DNA of 64,000 nt from Minisyncoccota bacterium (GCA_035905815.1 JAMIGE010000022.1:18360-82359), one strand, 5' to 3'; positions 9,116 through 20,638 are shown, numbered from the stretch's first letter. Translations and numbers: made by a program. Notes: generated by a model not told the origin, from the sequence alone.

Positions 9116-9365
9116 TTATACTCCTTACGCCATAAGGCGTATTTCAAAGAATTACCAAAGAGAGGATTCTCAAAGGTTTGCTATTATTATACACAATTTT
9201 AGTATTTTGTCAAGCTAATTATAAGTAATTTAGTTCGCTGCCGGGACTACAGAAGACTGGCTCTACTTCTAACATAGAATAATTATAACATACAACCCGA
9301 AAACAAAATCTTGTGGATACTTATAACAAGTGAAGCGTAATGCGTGCTATAATAATAGTAATAAT

Positions 9366-11057
9366 ATGTCTAACAACTTTGCAGATGCCAAGATACAAGC
9401 AAATCAGGCCCGACTGTACTCGGAGGAGGAGGAGAGGCTAGTACAAATACTGTCTGATAAATATGAATTGCCGTATATTGACCTACGAGGCACTGCGGCA
9501 GAGCCAGATGCTTTGAAAGAGGTGGATGAAGTGCGAGCAAGGAAGGCACTGGTAGGGGCTTTTAAAAAGGTAGGAAAAACTATACATGTGCTGATACGTG
9601 ATCCAGAAAGTGTTGAGATGAAGTCTATACTAGTAGAGCTGCAAAAGTCCCTCGGTGAGCAGCCAATAGTGTATATTGGTAGCTTAAGCAGCTTAGAACA
9701 TATATGGTCGCGATACGGAGACCTAGAGAAGATAAATAATGTAGAAAGGGGTGCGCTCGACCTTGGCGGTGAACATTTAAATAATTTACTAAAGGACGTC
9801 AAAACGATGGCAGACTTTCAGAAAATAATAGAAGTATCTGTCGCAAATGAAAAGCAAAATCGAACTACTAAAATAATTGAACTATGTATTGGGGGTGCGC
9901 TCTTTTTCCAAGCTAGTGATGTGCATATAGAGCCCGAGGAGGAGCTAGTGAGATTCAGATATAGGCTAGACGGTATGCTAAGCGATGTATTCTTTACTGA
10001 TATTAGCACATACAAGCTAATTAATAGTAGATTTAAATTAATGAGTGGAATGAAAATTAGCTCTACTAGCAAAGCTCAAGACGGCAGATTCACAATCGAG
10101 CGAGATACAGGAGACATCGAGGTACGCGTATCACTAGTACCAGGATCACATGGTGAAAGCTTTGTGATGAGACTACTAGATCCAGGTACTGCGAATGTAG
10201 ACTTTGATGCGCTTGGCATGAATGAGTGGGTAAAGGGTGCAGCGCTGAAAGCCATACAAAAGCCTAATGGAATGATATTAACAACTGGTCCGACTGGGTC
10301 AGGTAAGTCCACCACCCTATACTCTTTTATTAAGAAAATATATACCCCAGCAATTAAGATAATAACAATTGAAGACCCAGTAGAATATCATTTAGAAGGG
10401 ATAACTCAGACACCAGCCAGTAAAGACTACGGCTTCATAGAAGGCCTACGCGCTGCGCTGCGTCAAGATCCTGATGTTATAATGATAGGAGAAATACGCG
10501 ACGAGGATACAGCCAAAGTAGCCGCCAACGCGGCACTAACCGGACATCTAGTACTGTCTACACTACATACCAATAATGCATTCGGTGCCATACCTAGACT
10601 ACTAGACCTAGGAGCTAATCCCAAAACTATAGGTAATGCTCTCAGCCTTTCTATTGCGCAGAGACTGTGCAGAAGGCTGTGCCCGGAATGTAAAATAGCG
10701 CGCGATACAACTGAGTCTGAATCTCGTAAAATAAATAATATAATAGGGGAAAGTATAGTAGCTAATAAGCCATTCCTAAACAAGGCCGAGCCGAAGTATA
10801 ATATATACGAGGCTAATTTAGATGGATGTAGTGAATGCCACGCTGGATATCGTGGTAGAGTTGGAATATACGAGGCATTCTATATGACTAATGAATTAAA
10901 TAATTTCATTAATAGCAATCCATCTGAATATGAAATCAAAGAAGCGACTAAAGGACAAGGCCTACCTACACTTGCCGAGGATGCTGTGATGAAAATATTA
11001 GCAGGACTAACAAGCATAGAAGAAGCCGAGAGAGTTGTAGAGCTAACTACTTTATAA
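9366..11057 (+). CDS. GspE/PilB family type IV pilus / T2SS assembly ATPase
   Basis: ASDVHIEP, GPTGSGKS Walker A, TIEDPVEY, LRQDPD, GHLVLSTLHTN, CxxC pairs; start trimmed to MSNNF. Confidence 0.95.
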   Translation: MSNNFADAKIQANQARLYSEEEERLVQILSDKYELPYIDLRGTAAEPDALKEVDEVRARKALVGAFKKVGKTIHVLIRDPESVEMKSILVELQKSLGEQPIVYIGSLSSLEHIWSRYGDLEKINNVERGALDLGGEHLNNLLKDVKTMADFQKIIEVSVANEKQNRTTKIIELCIGGALFFQASDVHIEPEEELVRFRYRLDGMLSDVFFTDISTYKLINSRFKLMSGMKISSTSKAQDGRFTIERDTGDIEVRVSLVPGSHGESFVMRLLDPGTANVDFDALGMNEWVKGAALKAIQKPNGMILTTGPTGSGKSTTLYSFIKKIYTPAIKIITIEDPVEYHLEGITQTPASKDYGFIEGLRAALRQDPDVIMIGEIRDEDTAKVAANAALTGHLVLSTLHTNNAFGAIPRLLDLGANPKTIGNALSLSIAQRLCRRLCPECKIARDTTESESRKINNIIGESIVANKPFLNKAEPKYNIYEANLDGCSECHAGYRGRVGIYEAFYMTNELNNFINSNPSEYEIKEATKGQGLPTLAEDAVMKILAGLTSIEEAERVVELTTL

Positions 11058-11162
11058 TTAATTATGTGCCAGCGATATATTTTATATAGTGATATATTTT
11101 ATTTCGCATAAGCTAGGCACAACATGAACACGCCAACAGAATAAGACGCTGAACCAAAAATT

Positions 11163-11186
11163 AAACGCGACCCTAGGGTCGCGTTT
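11163..11186. terminator. Bidirectional terminator between the pilB-like gene and cassette E
   Basis: aaacgcgaccctagggtcgcgttt perfect palindrome. Confidence 0.8.
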
Positions 11187-11200
11187 GGTTTGCTAATGAG

Positions 11201-11992
11201 CTAAGCCTGCAGAGCTTCTCTACTCTGCCTCGCTAGCCTTGCCAAAGTACTAGCGAATCGCTGCACATCCTTGGCACTGCCATGGTTTGGATGCTGGCTA
11301 CAAATTTTCCACAAAGTACCACTAAGTATGAGGTCGCTTTCGGACTCCTGGTCGGCATATCTAGCCAATACTTCCGCTTTAGATAATTGGCCGCGGGCGA
11401 CCGCCGACTGTACAGCTTCGTCTTTGTCCCTCACCACAGAGAGTACTTGAGAAAGTTGAACAGTGCACTCGTGACTCAGCCTCTCAAAGAAGCTAGCCAT
11501 TGCGCACTCTAGCAGTATGACTTGGTCAGATCGCGCAGCAGCGATATCGAGCACCTTTGCTACGACCTTACCAATCACATAGTCATAGGTAATGTTGTCC
11601 CAGACTTTCGAAAGACCAGATTTGCGCTTATCAAAATATGCTTGGCGCAGCTTGGCTTTATCAATACGTACCCGGGCAGACAAGGAATTACTATCCAAGT
11701 CATATCCAGTATGCCGCATCAATGTGTTGGCATGCAGCACCAACTCCGAACCAAATACTCGAATGGCTTGAGGCGTGAGATCCCCGCCTTGGCCCAGGGC
11801 GCATCCGATAATTTCATCCACCGATACGTGAACAAAATTGGTGTTAGCACTTGCCGCGCTTTTACACAGATAGCTTTTGCCGCTACCTATGTATCCTGTT
11901 ACGCCAATAATTGTGACCCTGTGCATAAGGTCCCAAAGTGGCACAGGCCTTACCGCGCCCACTACTATATCACCAGTTTCGATACCAGGCAT
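11201..11992 (-). CDS. Divergent dephospho-CoA kinase-like P-loop kinase (cassette E)
   Basis: IIGVTGYIGSGKS Walker A, 'ID..KLR..F', 'R...Q'; AGGAG SD; TTTACA-17-TAGAGT promoter at 12045-12073. Confidence 0.7.
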   Translation of the reverse strand: MPGIETGDIVVGAVRPVPLWDLMHRVTIIGVTGYIGSGKSYLCKSAASANTNFVHVSVDEIIGCALGQGGDLTPQAIRVFGSELVLHANTLMRHTGYDLDSNSLSARVRIDKAKLRQAYFDKRKSGLSKVWDNITYDYVIGKVVAKVLDIAAARSDQVILLECAMASFFERLSHECTVQLSQVLSVVRDKDEAVQSAVARGQLSKAEVLARYADQESESDLILSGTLWKICSQHPNHGSAKDVQRFASTLARLARQSREALQA

Positions 11993-12083
11993 GTTTTGCT
12001 CCTAAATTAATTTGTACAAAGTATTCCCAAATGGGGCTGAACGTACTCTAACATACAGTAATAGTTTTGTAAAGTAATTTGTT

Positions 12084-12231
12084 TTGAATGTATATATCTC
12101 CAAACAACCCCTTGGTGAAGAACCTTTCAAAAATAAGGATAATCGCAGGTAGGACAAGCCAGCCACAACGTCCTCTCCTATAGAATAGATGGGATCTAGG
12201 ATCCCGATTGTTTAGAGATATATATATTCAA
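12084..12231. repeat. 148-bp element bounded by 24-bp inverted repeats enclosing three hairpins (sRNA or MITE-like)
   Basis: ttgaatgtatatatctccaaacaa ... ttgtttagagatatatatattcaa (22/24 complementary); internal gggatc/gatccc, aggac/gtcct, cctt/aagg stems. Confidence 0.6.
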
Positions 12232-12360
12232 TGTACGATTTAGTGTCTATAACAGATGTAATAATTTGTCAATATTTACTAACGCTCTATGAGTATAGCA
12301 GGTTTAAATCTTTTGTCAAGCCCCTACCTGGCGTGCTATAATATATACATTATTACGATC

Positions 12361-15300
12361 ATGTCTAGCTATATACCACTACGGGCACATACGCACTACT
12401 CTCTCTTGTCTGCCCTGCCACAAATGCCAGACATTGTGAAGAAAGCTGCAGAATATGGATACACTGCGATGGCTATAACTGATACCAATAATCTATATGG
12501 ATGTATAGAGTTTTACAAAGAGTGCAAGAAGAAAAACATCAAGCCAATATTAGCTACTGAAATAATAATTAACTATGGAGGGATTAATTATCCAGTTGCA
12601 TTTTACGCCAAAAATGAAGACGGGTACAGGAAGCTGCTAAAGCTAGTGAGCCACGCACAGCTAAGCGACTATATACACCCGCACATTATAGAGTCCGACA
12701 TTGCAAATCTGCTAGCCGATCAAATGACAAGTCAAAGTGTAATAGCAAGCGCCCAGCGTGTTAAAATTTTAGATGCATTATCTAAATACATTCATAATGA
12801 CGATATGTATTTAGAGCTTACCAAGCAAGCTATAGATGAGAACAACACAGAAGTACTTAGTAATACCAAATACAAGCTACTACCTACACAGCATTCTAGA
12901 TATCTAAGTATTAATGATAAAGAAGCACATCGCGTCATAGTCAATGTGCATTCAGATGAGGAAAGTGAGGAGAAATATAAGTCAGAGTACAAGCCGTATG
13001 ATTTACACTTCCTATCCCCCACTACTGCTGACGAATGGTTTGCAGGATATACTGCAGCCATGGAGAATTGTAAGGAAATTGAAAACAAATGTAATGTAGA
13101 GCTAGTCCTCGGCAAATGGTATTTCCCAAAAATTGAAACACGAGTATCACCGGAATCAGACCTGCGTGAGCTAGTCTATAAAGGTATATTAGATAGAGGT
13201 CTAGACCCAAATGACCCCGCATTACTAGAAAGGGTTGAATATGAATTATCTGTAATTTGCGAAAAGGGTTTTGCAGTTTACTTTTTAGTAGTATACGACC
13301 TGCTGCGCTATGCCAGAGAAAATAAAATACTAACCAATATTAGAGGCTCGGTAGCGGGATCAATGGTTACATACTTACTCAGAATTACCAAATGTAATCC
13401 ATTTACATATAAGCTACCATTCGAAAGATTCCTCAACAGGGAGAGGCCGTCAGCGCCAGATATAGACATGGACTATGCTGATGATAGGCGTGATGAGGTG
13501 CTAAATTACACCCGTCAAAAGTATGGCAAGCAAAATGTTGCCCAGATCGGAACATTCGGTGCTATGCTAGCACGCGGGGCTGTACGTGATGTGGCGCGCG
13601 CGCTCAAATACCCATATATAGTCGGAGACAGAATATCCAGAATGATACCGCCACCCAGACAAGGATTCCCTGTGACAATAGATATGGCATTAGAAGAAGT
13701 GCCAGAGCTCAAAGAGATGTATGACTCTGACCGCGAGACAATGCATATTATAGATATGAGTAAGAAAGTAGAAGGCTGTGTCAGACATATATCAGTGCAC
13801 GCTGCAGGTACTGTGATAGCCCCTAGCGCAGTGTCAGACTTTGCGCCAATACAATGGGACCCCAAAGGTGAGAAGATAATTACCCAATACGAAATGAATG
13901 CCGTAGGAGAAGACAATGTGGGACTACTAAAATACGACTTCTTAGGCATTAGGAATCTGTCGATATTAGCGACTGCGATTGAAAATGTAAAAGAGGAATA
14001 TAATGTGGATATAGATATAGAAGAAGTGCCAGTTGATGACCCAAAGACTTTTGCAATGCTATCGCGAGGGGAAACTGTGGGACTGTTCCAGCTTAATGGT
14101 AGTGGTATGACCAAATTCCTCAAAGAGCTAAAGCCCTCGACCATATATGATATCAACGCTATGGTGGCTCTGTATCGCCCTGGCCCACTAGAAATGATAC
14201 CCGAGTATATCAAGCGTAAGCACAATCCAGAGCTAGTATCATACCTAGACAAAAGGCTAGAGCCGATACTAGATCAAAGCTTTGGGGTGATAGTATATCA
14301 GGATGATGTGATGTTAACAGCTATACATCTGGCGGGGTATTCCTGGCTAGAGGCAGATAAGCTGCGCAAAGCTATGGGTAAGAAAATACCCGAAGAAATG
14401 CAAGCCCAGAAAATTAAACTTTTCAAAGGATTCAAAGAGAATGGACTAAGCGATAACAAAATCAATACCCTATGGGAGCAAATCGAACCCTTTGCAGCGT
14501 ATGGGTTTAACAAAGCCCACGCTGCCAGCTATGGCCGCGTTGCGTATCAAACAGCATACATGAAGGCGAATTATCCATACGCCTACATGACAGCAGTGCT
14601 AACTCATGAATCAGGTGACGTAGAGAAAATAAATGAAATCGTGGCCGAGTGCAAGCGTATGGGCATACATGTACTGCCGCCTAATATTAACTTTTCAAAT
14701 ACTAATTTTAGCATTGTGAAGAATGCAAACACTAGCGGACAATTAGAAGAAGAAATACGCTTTGGACTTTTAACTGTTAAAAACTTAGGGCATGATATAG
14801 CCGATGCAATAGTAGACGAGCGTAATAAAAATGGTAAGTATAAATCTCTGGAGGACTTTTTAGAAAGGGTAAAGCATAAGAATCTAAACAAAAAGTCTTT
14901 AGAAGCGCTTACTATGTGTGGTGCACTGGACGACTTTGCAGAGCGCGGAGTAATACTCGCCAATAGCGAAGCCATCTTAGACTATCACAAGACTTTTGTA
15001 AAGGACAGCACAGCTCAAGACTCACTATTCGCCGGACTATCAGATGACAGCCACAAAAACATCACTCTAAAGCCTGCCCCACCAATAGACATCACCACCA
15101 AACTAAAGTGGGAGCGCGAGCTGCTTGGGCTCTATGTATCTGGATTCCCACTGGACCCATGGAAAGAGAAAATATTAGCCAGGTCAGTAAACATTCTAGC
15201 AGTATTAGAAGAGATAAGTGACGGCACCGAGGTCAACATCCCTGCACTTGTAGAATCGGTCAAAGTTACCAAGACTAAAAAGGGTGACCGTATGGCGCTA

Positions 15301-15471
15301 GTGAATCTACGCGACTACACAGGTAGCTTTGAAGTGGCAGTCTTCCCTGAGTCGTATTTGAAATTCAAAGACTATTGCAAGGCTGATATGATTGTAGTAG
15401 TACGCGGCAAAGTCAGCAGTAGAAATGGTACCAAGACTCTGGTGGTAGATGACATGAAAGAGTTGAAGTAG
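12361..15471 (+). CDS. dnaE: DNA polymerase III alpha subunit
   Basis: HTHYSLL PHP start, RGS.AGS, PDIDMD, HAAG, YGFNKAHA, OB fold. Confidence 0.97.
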   Translation: MSSYIPLRAHTHYSLLSALPQMPDIVKKAAEYGYTAMAITDTNNLYGCIEFYKECKKKNIKPILATEIIINYGGINYPVAFYAKNEDGYRKLLKLVSHAQLSDYIHPHIIESDIANLLADQMTSQSVIASAQRVKILDALSKYIHNDDMYLELTKQAIDENNTEVLSNTKYKLLPTQHSRYLSINDKEAHRVIVNVHSDEESEEKYKSEYKPYDLHFLSPTTADEWFAGYTAAMENCKEIENKCNVELVLGKWYFPKIETRVSPESDLRELVYKGILDRGLDPNDPALLERVEYELSVICEKGFAVYFLVVYDLLRYARENKILTNIRGSVAGSMVTYLLRITKCNPFTYKLPFERFLNRERPSAPDIDMDYADDRRDEVLNYTRQKYGKQNVAQIGTFGAMLARGAVRDVARALKYPYIVGDRISRMIPPPRQGFPVTIDMALEEVPELKEMYDSDRETMHIIDMSKKVEGCVRHISVHAAGTVIAPSAVSDFAPIQWDPKGEKIITQYEMNAVGEDNVGLLKYDFLGIRNLSILATAIENVKEEYNVDIDIEEVPVDDPKTFAMLSRGETVGLFQLNGSGMTKFLKELKPSTIYDINAMVALYRPGPLEMIPEYIKRKHNPELVSYLDKRLEPILDQSFGVIVYQDDVMLTAIHLAGYSWLEADKLRKAMGKKIPEEMQAQKIKLFKGFKENGLSDNKINTLWEQIEPFAAYGFNKAHAASYGRVAYQTAYMKANYPYAYMTAVLTHESGDVEKINEIVAECKRMGIHVLPPNINFSNTNFSIVKNANTSGQLEEEIRFGLLTVKNLGHDIADAIVDERNKNGKYKSLEDFLERVKHKNLNKKSLEALTMCGALDDFAERGVILANSEAILDYHKTFVKDSTAQDSLFAGLSDDSHKNITLKPAPPIDITTKLKWERELLGLYVSGFPLDPWKEKILARSVNILAVLEEISDGTEVNIPALVESVKVTKTKKGDRMALVNLRDYTGSFEVAVFPESYLKFKDYCKADMIVVVRGKVSSRNGTKTLVVDDMKELK

Positions 15472-15497
15472 CCAAACTTTATTTTAGCAATATATCT

Positions 15498-18227
15498 CTA
15501 CCCCACAACCCCCTCTTGGGTACTGATCATACTGGATGCTACGCTGCGGGATTTGCCCTTGCCTTCGACTGATAGCTCTCCTTTCTTTATAGACACTGTG
15601 ACTATGCCGCCCTTTTCAAACTTGCGACTAATGATCATGTTAGCAACCACATTTAATATATTAGATTGTATATACCTCTTAACCGGTCTAGCGCCATAAT
15701 GCGGATCGTAAGACACTTTAGCAATATGCTCTATGGCCTCGGCAGACACATTAAGTGTGATGTCGCGATCAGACAGCCTATCTGCTGCATGCTGTACTTG
15801 TAGAGCGACGATACTTTCTACTTCTTCTTTCTTCAGTACATCAAAGATAATAATATCATCTAATCTATTTAGGAATTCAGGCTTGAAAAAGTCTTTGAGA
15901 GCACCCTTCACATTGTCTTTGATCTTGTTATAGTCATCTGTCGCCCCTACACCCGTACCGAATCCAAAGCCTTGCATCTTCTGTACATAATTACTACCGA
16001 TATTACTTGTCATGACTATGATAGAGTTTTTAAAGTTAGCAACCCTACCCTTATTATCAGTCAGCTTGCCTTCGTCTAATACTTGCAAAAGCAAATTGAA
16101 AACTTCTGGATGCGCCTTCTCTACCTCATCGAACAGTATCACGCTATATGGCCTATGCCTAACGGCTTCGGTCAGCATGCCGCTCTCATCATAGCCCACA
16201 TACCCAGCTGGCGATCCTATCATTTTACTTATGCTATGCTTTTCCATATACTCACTCATGTCTATTTTAATCAGCGACTTCTCATCATCGAACATGAATT
16301 CTGCCAAAGCCTTAGTTAGTTCAGTCTTACCTACACCAGTAGGACCCAGGAACATGAATGACCCAATAGGGCGATTAGGATCAGATACTCCAGCGCGGGC
16401 GCGGCGTACGGCCTCGGATACTTTTTTAATTGCATCTGACTGACCGATTACTCTTTTATTCAGCTCGGACTCCATACTCATTAGTCTGTCCTGCTCTTCT
16501 TCTAGCATTTTATTAAGTGGTATGCCGGTAGACTTGGATATAACTGCTGCTATATCCTCCTCTGTCACCTCTTCGTCCAGCACCCTCCTAGACTTTTGCA
16601 TTTTCTTAAGCTTGTCCACTCTTGTATCTATCTCTTTCTGTAGCGCCGGTATATGTCCATAGCGTATTTCAGCTACCTTGGCCAAGTCGCCAGCCATTTG
16701 CGCATTGTCGGATTCTAATCTTAGGCCTTCTATTTTCTTACGCATGTCTCCGATTTCGCTTAGGAAAGTCTTCTCTGTGCTCCACCTTAATTCTAAGTCA
16801 TGTACCTTCTCTTTGGTATCTGCTATCTCTGACTCTATTTCGTGTAGGCGCTTTTCTGCTGGCTTGTCTTTGCCTCCGTGGGCGATTAGCTCTTTATTGA
16901 GCGCTTCCCTTTCGATTTCTAGCCTCATAATTTTCCTATGTGCCTCTTCTAATACCGGAGGCTTATTCTCCAGTGCTATACGTAGTGCGGATGCGGCTTC
17001 ATCTATTAGGTCAATCGCCTTGTCGGGCAAATATCTGCTAGTTATATATCTGGTGGACAAATTCACACTAGCCAATATTGCATCATCAGTAATTCTGACT
17101 CCGTGATATAACTCATACTTTTCTTTAAGCCCACGCAGTATTGCAATTGTATCCTCTGGTGACGGCTCTTCTACGAAAATGGTCTGGAATCTTCTTGTAA
17201 GAGCTGAATCCTTCTCTATATACTTCTGATACTCTTTTAAAGTTGTGGCGCCGATCACTCTAATAGTACCACGCGAAAGTGCAGGCTTTAGCATGTTGGC
17301 CGCATCAGCAGTACCCTCCGAGCCTCCCGCCCCTACTATTGTATGCAGCTCGTCGATAAACATATATACCCTCCCTTCGCTAGCCTCTATCTCTTTCATT
17401 ATATTCTTCAGCCTCTCTTCGAATTCACCTCTATATTTAGTGCCAGCAATTAGCATGCCCAAATCCAAAGACACTAATTCTTTATCTTTTAAACTTTCTG
17501 GCACGTCACCCTTGGCAATACGTATAGCTAGACCCTCTACCACCGCAGTTTTACCCGTACCAGCCTCACCAATTAATAGTGGATTATTCTTAGTCCTTCT
17601 AGAAAGTATCTGCATGAGCCTCATTATTTCTTTATCCCTACCTATTACTGGGTCCAGCTTATCCTCGCGAGCCAATTGTGTAAAGTTACGTGTAAATTTA
17701 GCCAGCGCATTAGTCTTCCTACCTTGTGGCTGGGCGGGCGCCCCTGTCTTGCGCAAGTCTTCTAGCATTTGCACTGCATCATCTTTGCTAATTTTAAATC
17801 TAGACAATACATTTTGCAATTCATTAACTGGCAGTAAAGTTATAAAAATATGCTCAGTATTTACGAATTCATCGTGCAGCGAATGGGCAAACTTTACCGA
17901 TTCTTCTAGCGCCGCTGCCAGCTCGCTAGTCATATACATTTGATAACTAGGAGCAAGAGTGTTACTACCGCCACGCACATCTATCTCTTCTATTACTGTG
18001 TCTATAAAAAGGTTAATATCCACACCCATTTTCTCTAATAGGCTATATATCACAGAATCATCCATTGTAACTAGCGCCGCCATCATGTGTGCACTGTTAA
18101 CATTGTTCTGCCCCCTCTCTACAGCTATCTCATGAGACCTACGTATTGCATCCCTTGCCCTCGTGGTAAAGAATTGAAAAGGGTTAGAATTGCCACCATT
18201 ATTTTGATTGTTGTTTTGTCCATTCAT
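15498..18227 (-). CDS. clpB: ATP-dependent chaperone ClpB
   Basis: Two AAA+ modules ([16 protein letters not shown]), long coiled-coil M domain, GYVGY pore loop. Confidence 0.93.
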   Translation of the reverse strand: MNGQNNNQNNGGNSNPFQFFTTRARDAIRRSHEIAVERGQNNVNSAHMMAALVTMDDSVIYSLLEKMGVDINLFIDTVIEEIDVRGGSNTLAPSYQMYMTSELAAALEESVKFAHSLHDEFVNTEHIFITLLPVNELQNVLSRFKISKDDAVQMLEDLRKTGAPAQPQGRKTNALAKFTRNFTQLAREDKLDPVIGRDKEIMRLMQILSRRTKNNPLLIGEAGTGKTAVVEGLAIRIAKGDVPESLKDKELVSLDLGMLIAGTKYRGEFEERLKNIMKEIEASEGRVYMFIDELHTIVGAGGSEGTADAANMLKPALSRGTIRVIGATTLKEYQKYIEKDSALTRRFQTIFVEEPSPEDTIAILRGLKEKYELYHGVRITDDAILASVNLSTRYITSRYLPDKAIDLIDEAASALRIALENKPPVLEEAHRKIMRLEIEREALNKELIAHGGKDKPAEKRLHEIESEIADTKEKVHDLELRWSTEKTFLSEIGDMRKKIEGLRLESDNAQMAGDLAKVAEIRYGHIPALQKEIDTRVDKLKKMQKSRRVLDEEVTEEDIAAVISKSTGIPLNKMLEEEQDRLMSMESELNKRVIGQSDAIKKVSEAVRRARAGVSDPNRPIGSFMFLGPTGVGKTELTKALAEFMFDDEKSLIKIDMSEYMEKHSISKMIGSPAGYVGYDESGMLTEAVRHRPYSVILFDEVEKAHPEVFNLLLQVLDEGKLTDNKGRVANFKNSIIVMTSNIGSNYVQKMQGFGFGTGVGATDDYNKIKDNVKGALKDFFKPEFLNRLDDIIIFDVLKKEEVESIVALQVQHAADRLSDRDITLNVSAEAIEHIAKVSYDPHYGARPVKRYIQSNILNVVANMIISRKFEKGGIVTVSIKKGELSVEGKGKSRSVASSMISTQEGVVG

Positions 18228-18267
18228 ATTGGCATTATAACATAATCATTTGAAAATATAAAAGTAA

Positions 18268-18293
18268 AATCCCGAAGCCTTCGCCTCGGGATT
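18268..18293 (-). terminator. Intrinsic terminator of cassette F
   Basis: aatcccga...tcgggatt stem with A-tract. Confidence 0.7.
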
Positions 18294-18319
18294 ATTCTAT
18301 TTAAAGTTAATTATACAGC

Positions 18320-19093
18320 CTATTTCTTGACGGCTGCGTGCTTGTGCAAAAGTCTGAACTCATAAGGAGAAACCTCGAATTCATACACTCCGCAATTATG
18401 AGGACTTCTCAGGTTCTTAGCCTCCATGATGGTCATGTCGGAGGCTAGCCGCTCGGAAGCCATCATGTATCCGCTATGTGTGAACAGTATCACAGTGTCG
18501 ACACCCGAGAACTCATGACAATACTTACGCACCAATACTCGCATAGTCTCTTGCACTCGTGATTCGCATGACTGTATGCTTTCACCGTCGCCTTCAAAGG
18601 TATACGGATTCCGCTCCCATGTTAATTCACGATCGGGATACTGCTGATGCAGCTCTTCCCTTGTGGTGAAAATTGCAGGACCTGATAATTTTTCTCTTAT
18701 CAGCTCGCCGATTTGTCCATCGTATTTCATGCACGGCTCTAGCGCCCATCCACTGCAAGCTTCCACCATTGTTTGGCGTGCCCTTACCATATTGGATGAG
18801 TACACCACAACATTGTCTGCCAGATATTTCTGGTCGCCCACTAGTAGTTCCATAATAGCGCTACGTACACCATTTGCCTGCTGTACACCAGCTCCGGTTA
18901 GGGGGAAGTGCCACTCATTAGGCCAAAGCGCTTTCAGTAATTCCTTATGCTCTTTCGGGGCGAAATAATTTCCTAAAGTGTTGCCAGTACTTTCGCCATG
19001 GCGCACCATTACGACGCGCAAAGATTTTGTTTCTGTTACTGGGTCCTTGGCGGCATCACACGCCGCCCTCACTTGTGCAATAGTATCAAGCAT
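18320..19093 (-). CDS. Histidine phosphatase (phosphoglycerate mutase-like) family protein (cassette F gene 2)
   Basis: VRHGES, SS.M.RARQT, GES, FTHS motifs. Confidence 0.88.
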   Translation of the reverse strand: MLDTIAQVRAACDAAKDPVTETKSLRVVMVRHGESTGNTLGNYFAPKEHKELLKALWPNEWHFPLTGAGVQQANGVRSAIMELLVGDQKYLADNVVVYSSNMVRARQTMVEACSGWALEPCMKYDGQIGELIREKLSGPAIFTTREELHQQYPDRELTWERNPYTFEGDGESIQSCESRVQETMRVLVRKYCHEFSGVDTVILFTHSGYMMASERLASDMTIMEAKNLRSPHNCGVYEFEVSPYEFRLLHKHAAVKK

Positions 19094-19104
19094 TTCAGGC
19101 CTTC

Positions 19105-19896
19105 CTAATATAGCAAATCTGCATCAGAGTAAGTTTTGAATTTAATTGGGCGCCAATCATGCGATGCCTTGGTAGTATCACCAGCAGCTATCAGTCTGAC
19201 AGCTGTAAAGTGTGGCTGCATCTGCATTGTGACAAGATCCATCCTTGTGTATTGGACAATAGAGCAGTTCCCGACTTCGCGACCTTTGTCGCTAGAGTAC
19301 TCTTTGAACTCTGCCTGAGTCATGCGCTCCAATATGCATTGCATCATTTCAATAACTTCGCCATGAGCCACCACAATGACATCTTTGCCATCATGAGTAC
19401 GATGTAAAGTATCGAAAAAGCTACGAATACGAACCTCGAGATCAATTAGCCTTTCTCCATCAATTGGTCTCCAGAAAATCATTGCCTGCAATCGCTTTGC
19501 AATCACCTCTGCATACTTTTTGACTCTTTTCCCATGAGGCATGGAATCCATGAGGCCCCAATCTCGCTCGACAATAAGCCGATTGATTTTCCATCGGCCA
19601 GCATTTAGGGCCATGTGGCTAGCTGTCTGCCGAGTACGCACAAATTCCGAGACGAAAAGTCCATCAAATTCCCGCGACCCGATACCCGTGTTTAGAAAGT
19701 TCTCTCGTATCCATTGCCCTGCTCTCTTTGCCTGCTCGACACCTCTCTCTGTCAAAGCCCAATTAGAGCTATGAACTTTTAAGAACTCGTTGGTAAAGTG
19801 TGAATCATCTCCCTTTCGCGATTTACGATTCGCTACATTTCCTTCGCTTTCTCCGTGTCTAACCAGGAGCAGATGCCTAGGCATTCCCGTTTTCAT
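19105..19896 (-). CDS. Histidine phosphatase family protein (cassette F gene 1)
   Basis: LVRHGESEGN, LTERGVEQA, ERDWG, VVAHGE; AAGGAAG SD before MKTG; TTGACA-17-TAGTGT promoter at 19956-19984. Confidence 0.9.
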   Translation of the reverse strand: MKTGMPRHLLLVRHGESEGNVANRKSRKGDDSHFTNEFLKVHSSNWALTERGVEQAKRAGQWIRENFLNTGIGSREFDGLFVSEFVRTRQTASHMALNAGRWKINRLIVERDWGLMDSMPHGKRVKKYAEVIAKRLQAMIFWRPIDGERLIDLEVRIRSFFDTLHRTHDGKDVIVVAHGEVIEMMQCILERMTQAEFKEYSSDKGREVGNCSIVQYTRMDLVTMQMQPHFTAVRLIAAGDTTKASHDWRPIKFKTYSDADLLY

Positions 19897-20167
19897 TTTA
19901 CTTCCTTTCAATTCAAGATTTCACAAGATAGCACATTCAATGTGCAACTATCTACACACTAACATTTAGATAATTTAGTGTCAAATGATTCATATCAGTC
20001 TACCTCCTGCCCTAGCCGCATAATGGCTTCTACTCTAACAGCACAATTACTAGTAGGCATATCCAGTGCTTCTTTACATATTCTACCAATTATAGTATTC
20101 TGTGTTAAGTTTGATTCTAGGGACTATGTACTAGAATTATTGATTAACTTTTCCAAAGGGGAAATAT

Positions 20168-20638
20168 ATGCTGTTCTTTGATTTTCTGATCGCATTTGTC
20201 GCGCGCATTTGGTATTACTTTATGCGCAAGGGCCTGCGCCGCAAACCTACATTAGTGAAGCTTACAATCTTGTCACTTTTAGTTGAAATTTCTTTCTGGT
20301 GTATGCTCTCTATTTTTTTATTTCAAAAATCTGAAATGTGGGCAAGTGTACTCGCCACAATCATTATTGTATTTTTGCTTTTTCTTTTGATTTGCGTATA
20401 CGTGTCATATTCGCTACAAATCTCTATTGGTTGCATGAACTCATACGCACAAAATAAAAAAGCTTTTATGATGGGCTTCTTAATTCTTTGCCTGCTTATT
20501 TTTAGTATTTATTTTTGGGGTTTAAACATATTTACTATCTATGCAGGAGTTGTAACTGCAATAGGATGCATTATATCCGTCGGGAACATGCTTCCGGATG
20601 GCCGCCTAAGAAGAAAGAAGATAAGAAGGCAGTTGTGA
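20168..20638 (+). CDS. Hypothetical multi-pass membrane protein (cassette G)
   Basis: AAGGGG SD; ~4-5 TM segments; basic C-terminus. Confidence 0.7.
   Translation: MLFFDFLIAFVARIWYYFMRKGLRRKPTLVKLTILSLLVEISFWCMLSIFLFQKSEMWASVLATIIIVFLLFLLICVYVSYSLQISIGCMNSYAQNKKAFMMGFLILCLLIFSIYFWGLNIFTIYAGVVTAIGCIISVGNMLPDGRLRRKKIRRQL

Noticed and set aside
19985-20095. Small ORF/sRNA upstream of the cassette F promoter (MPTSNCAVRVEAIMRLGQEVD)
   Set aside because: Only short stems, no terminator and no convincing initiation signal
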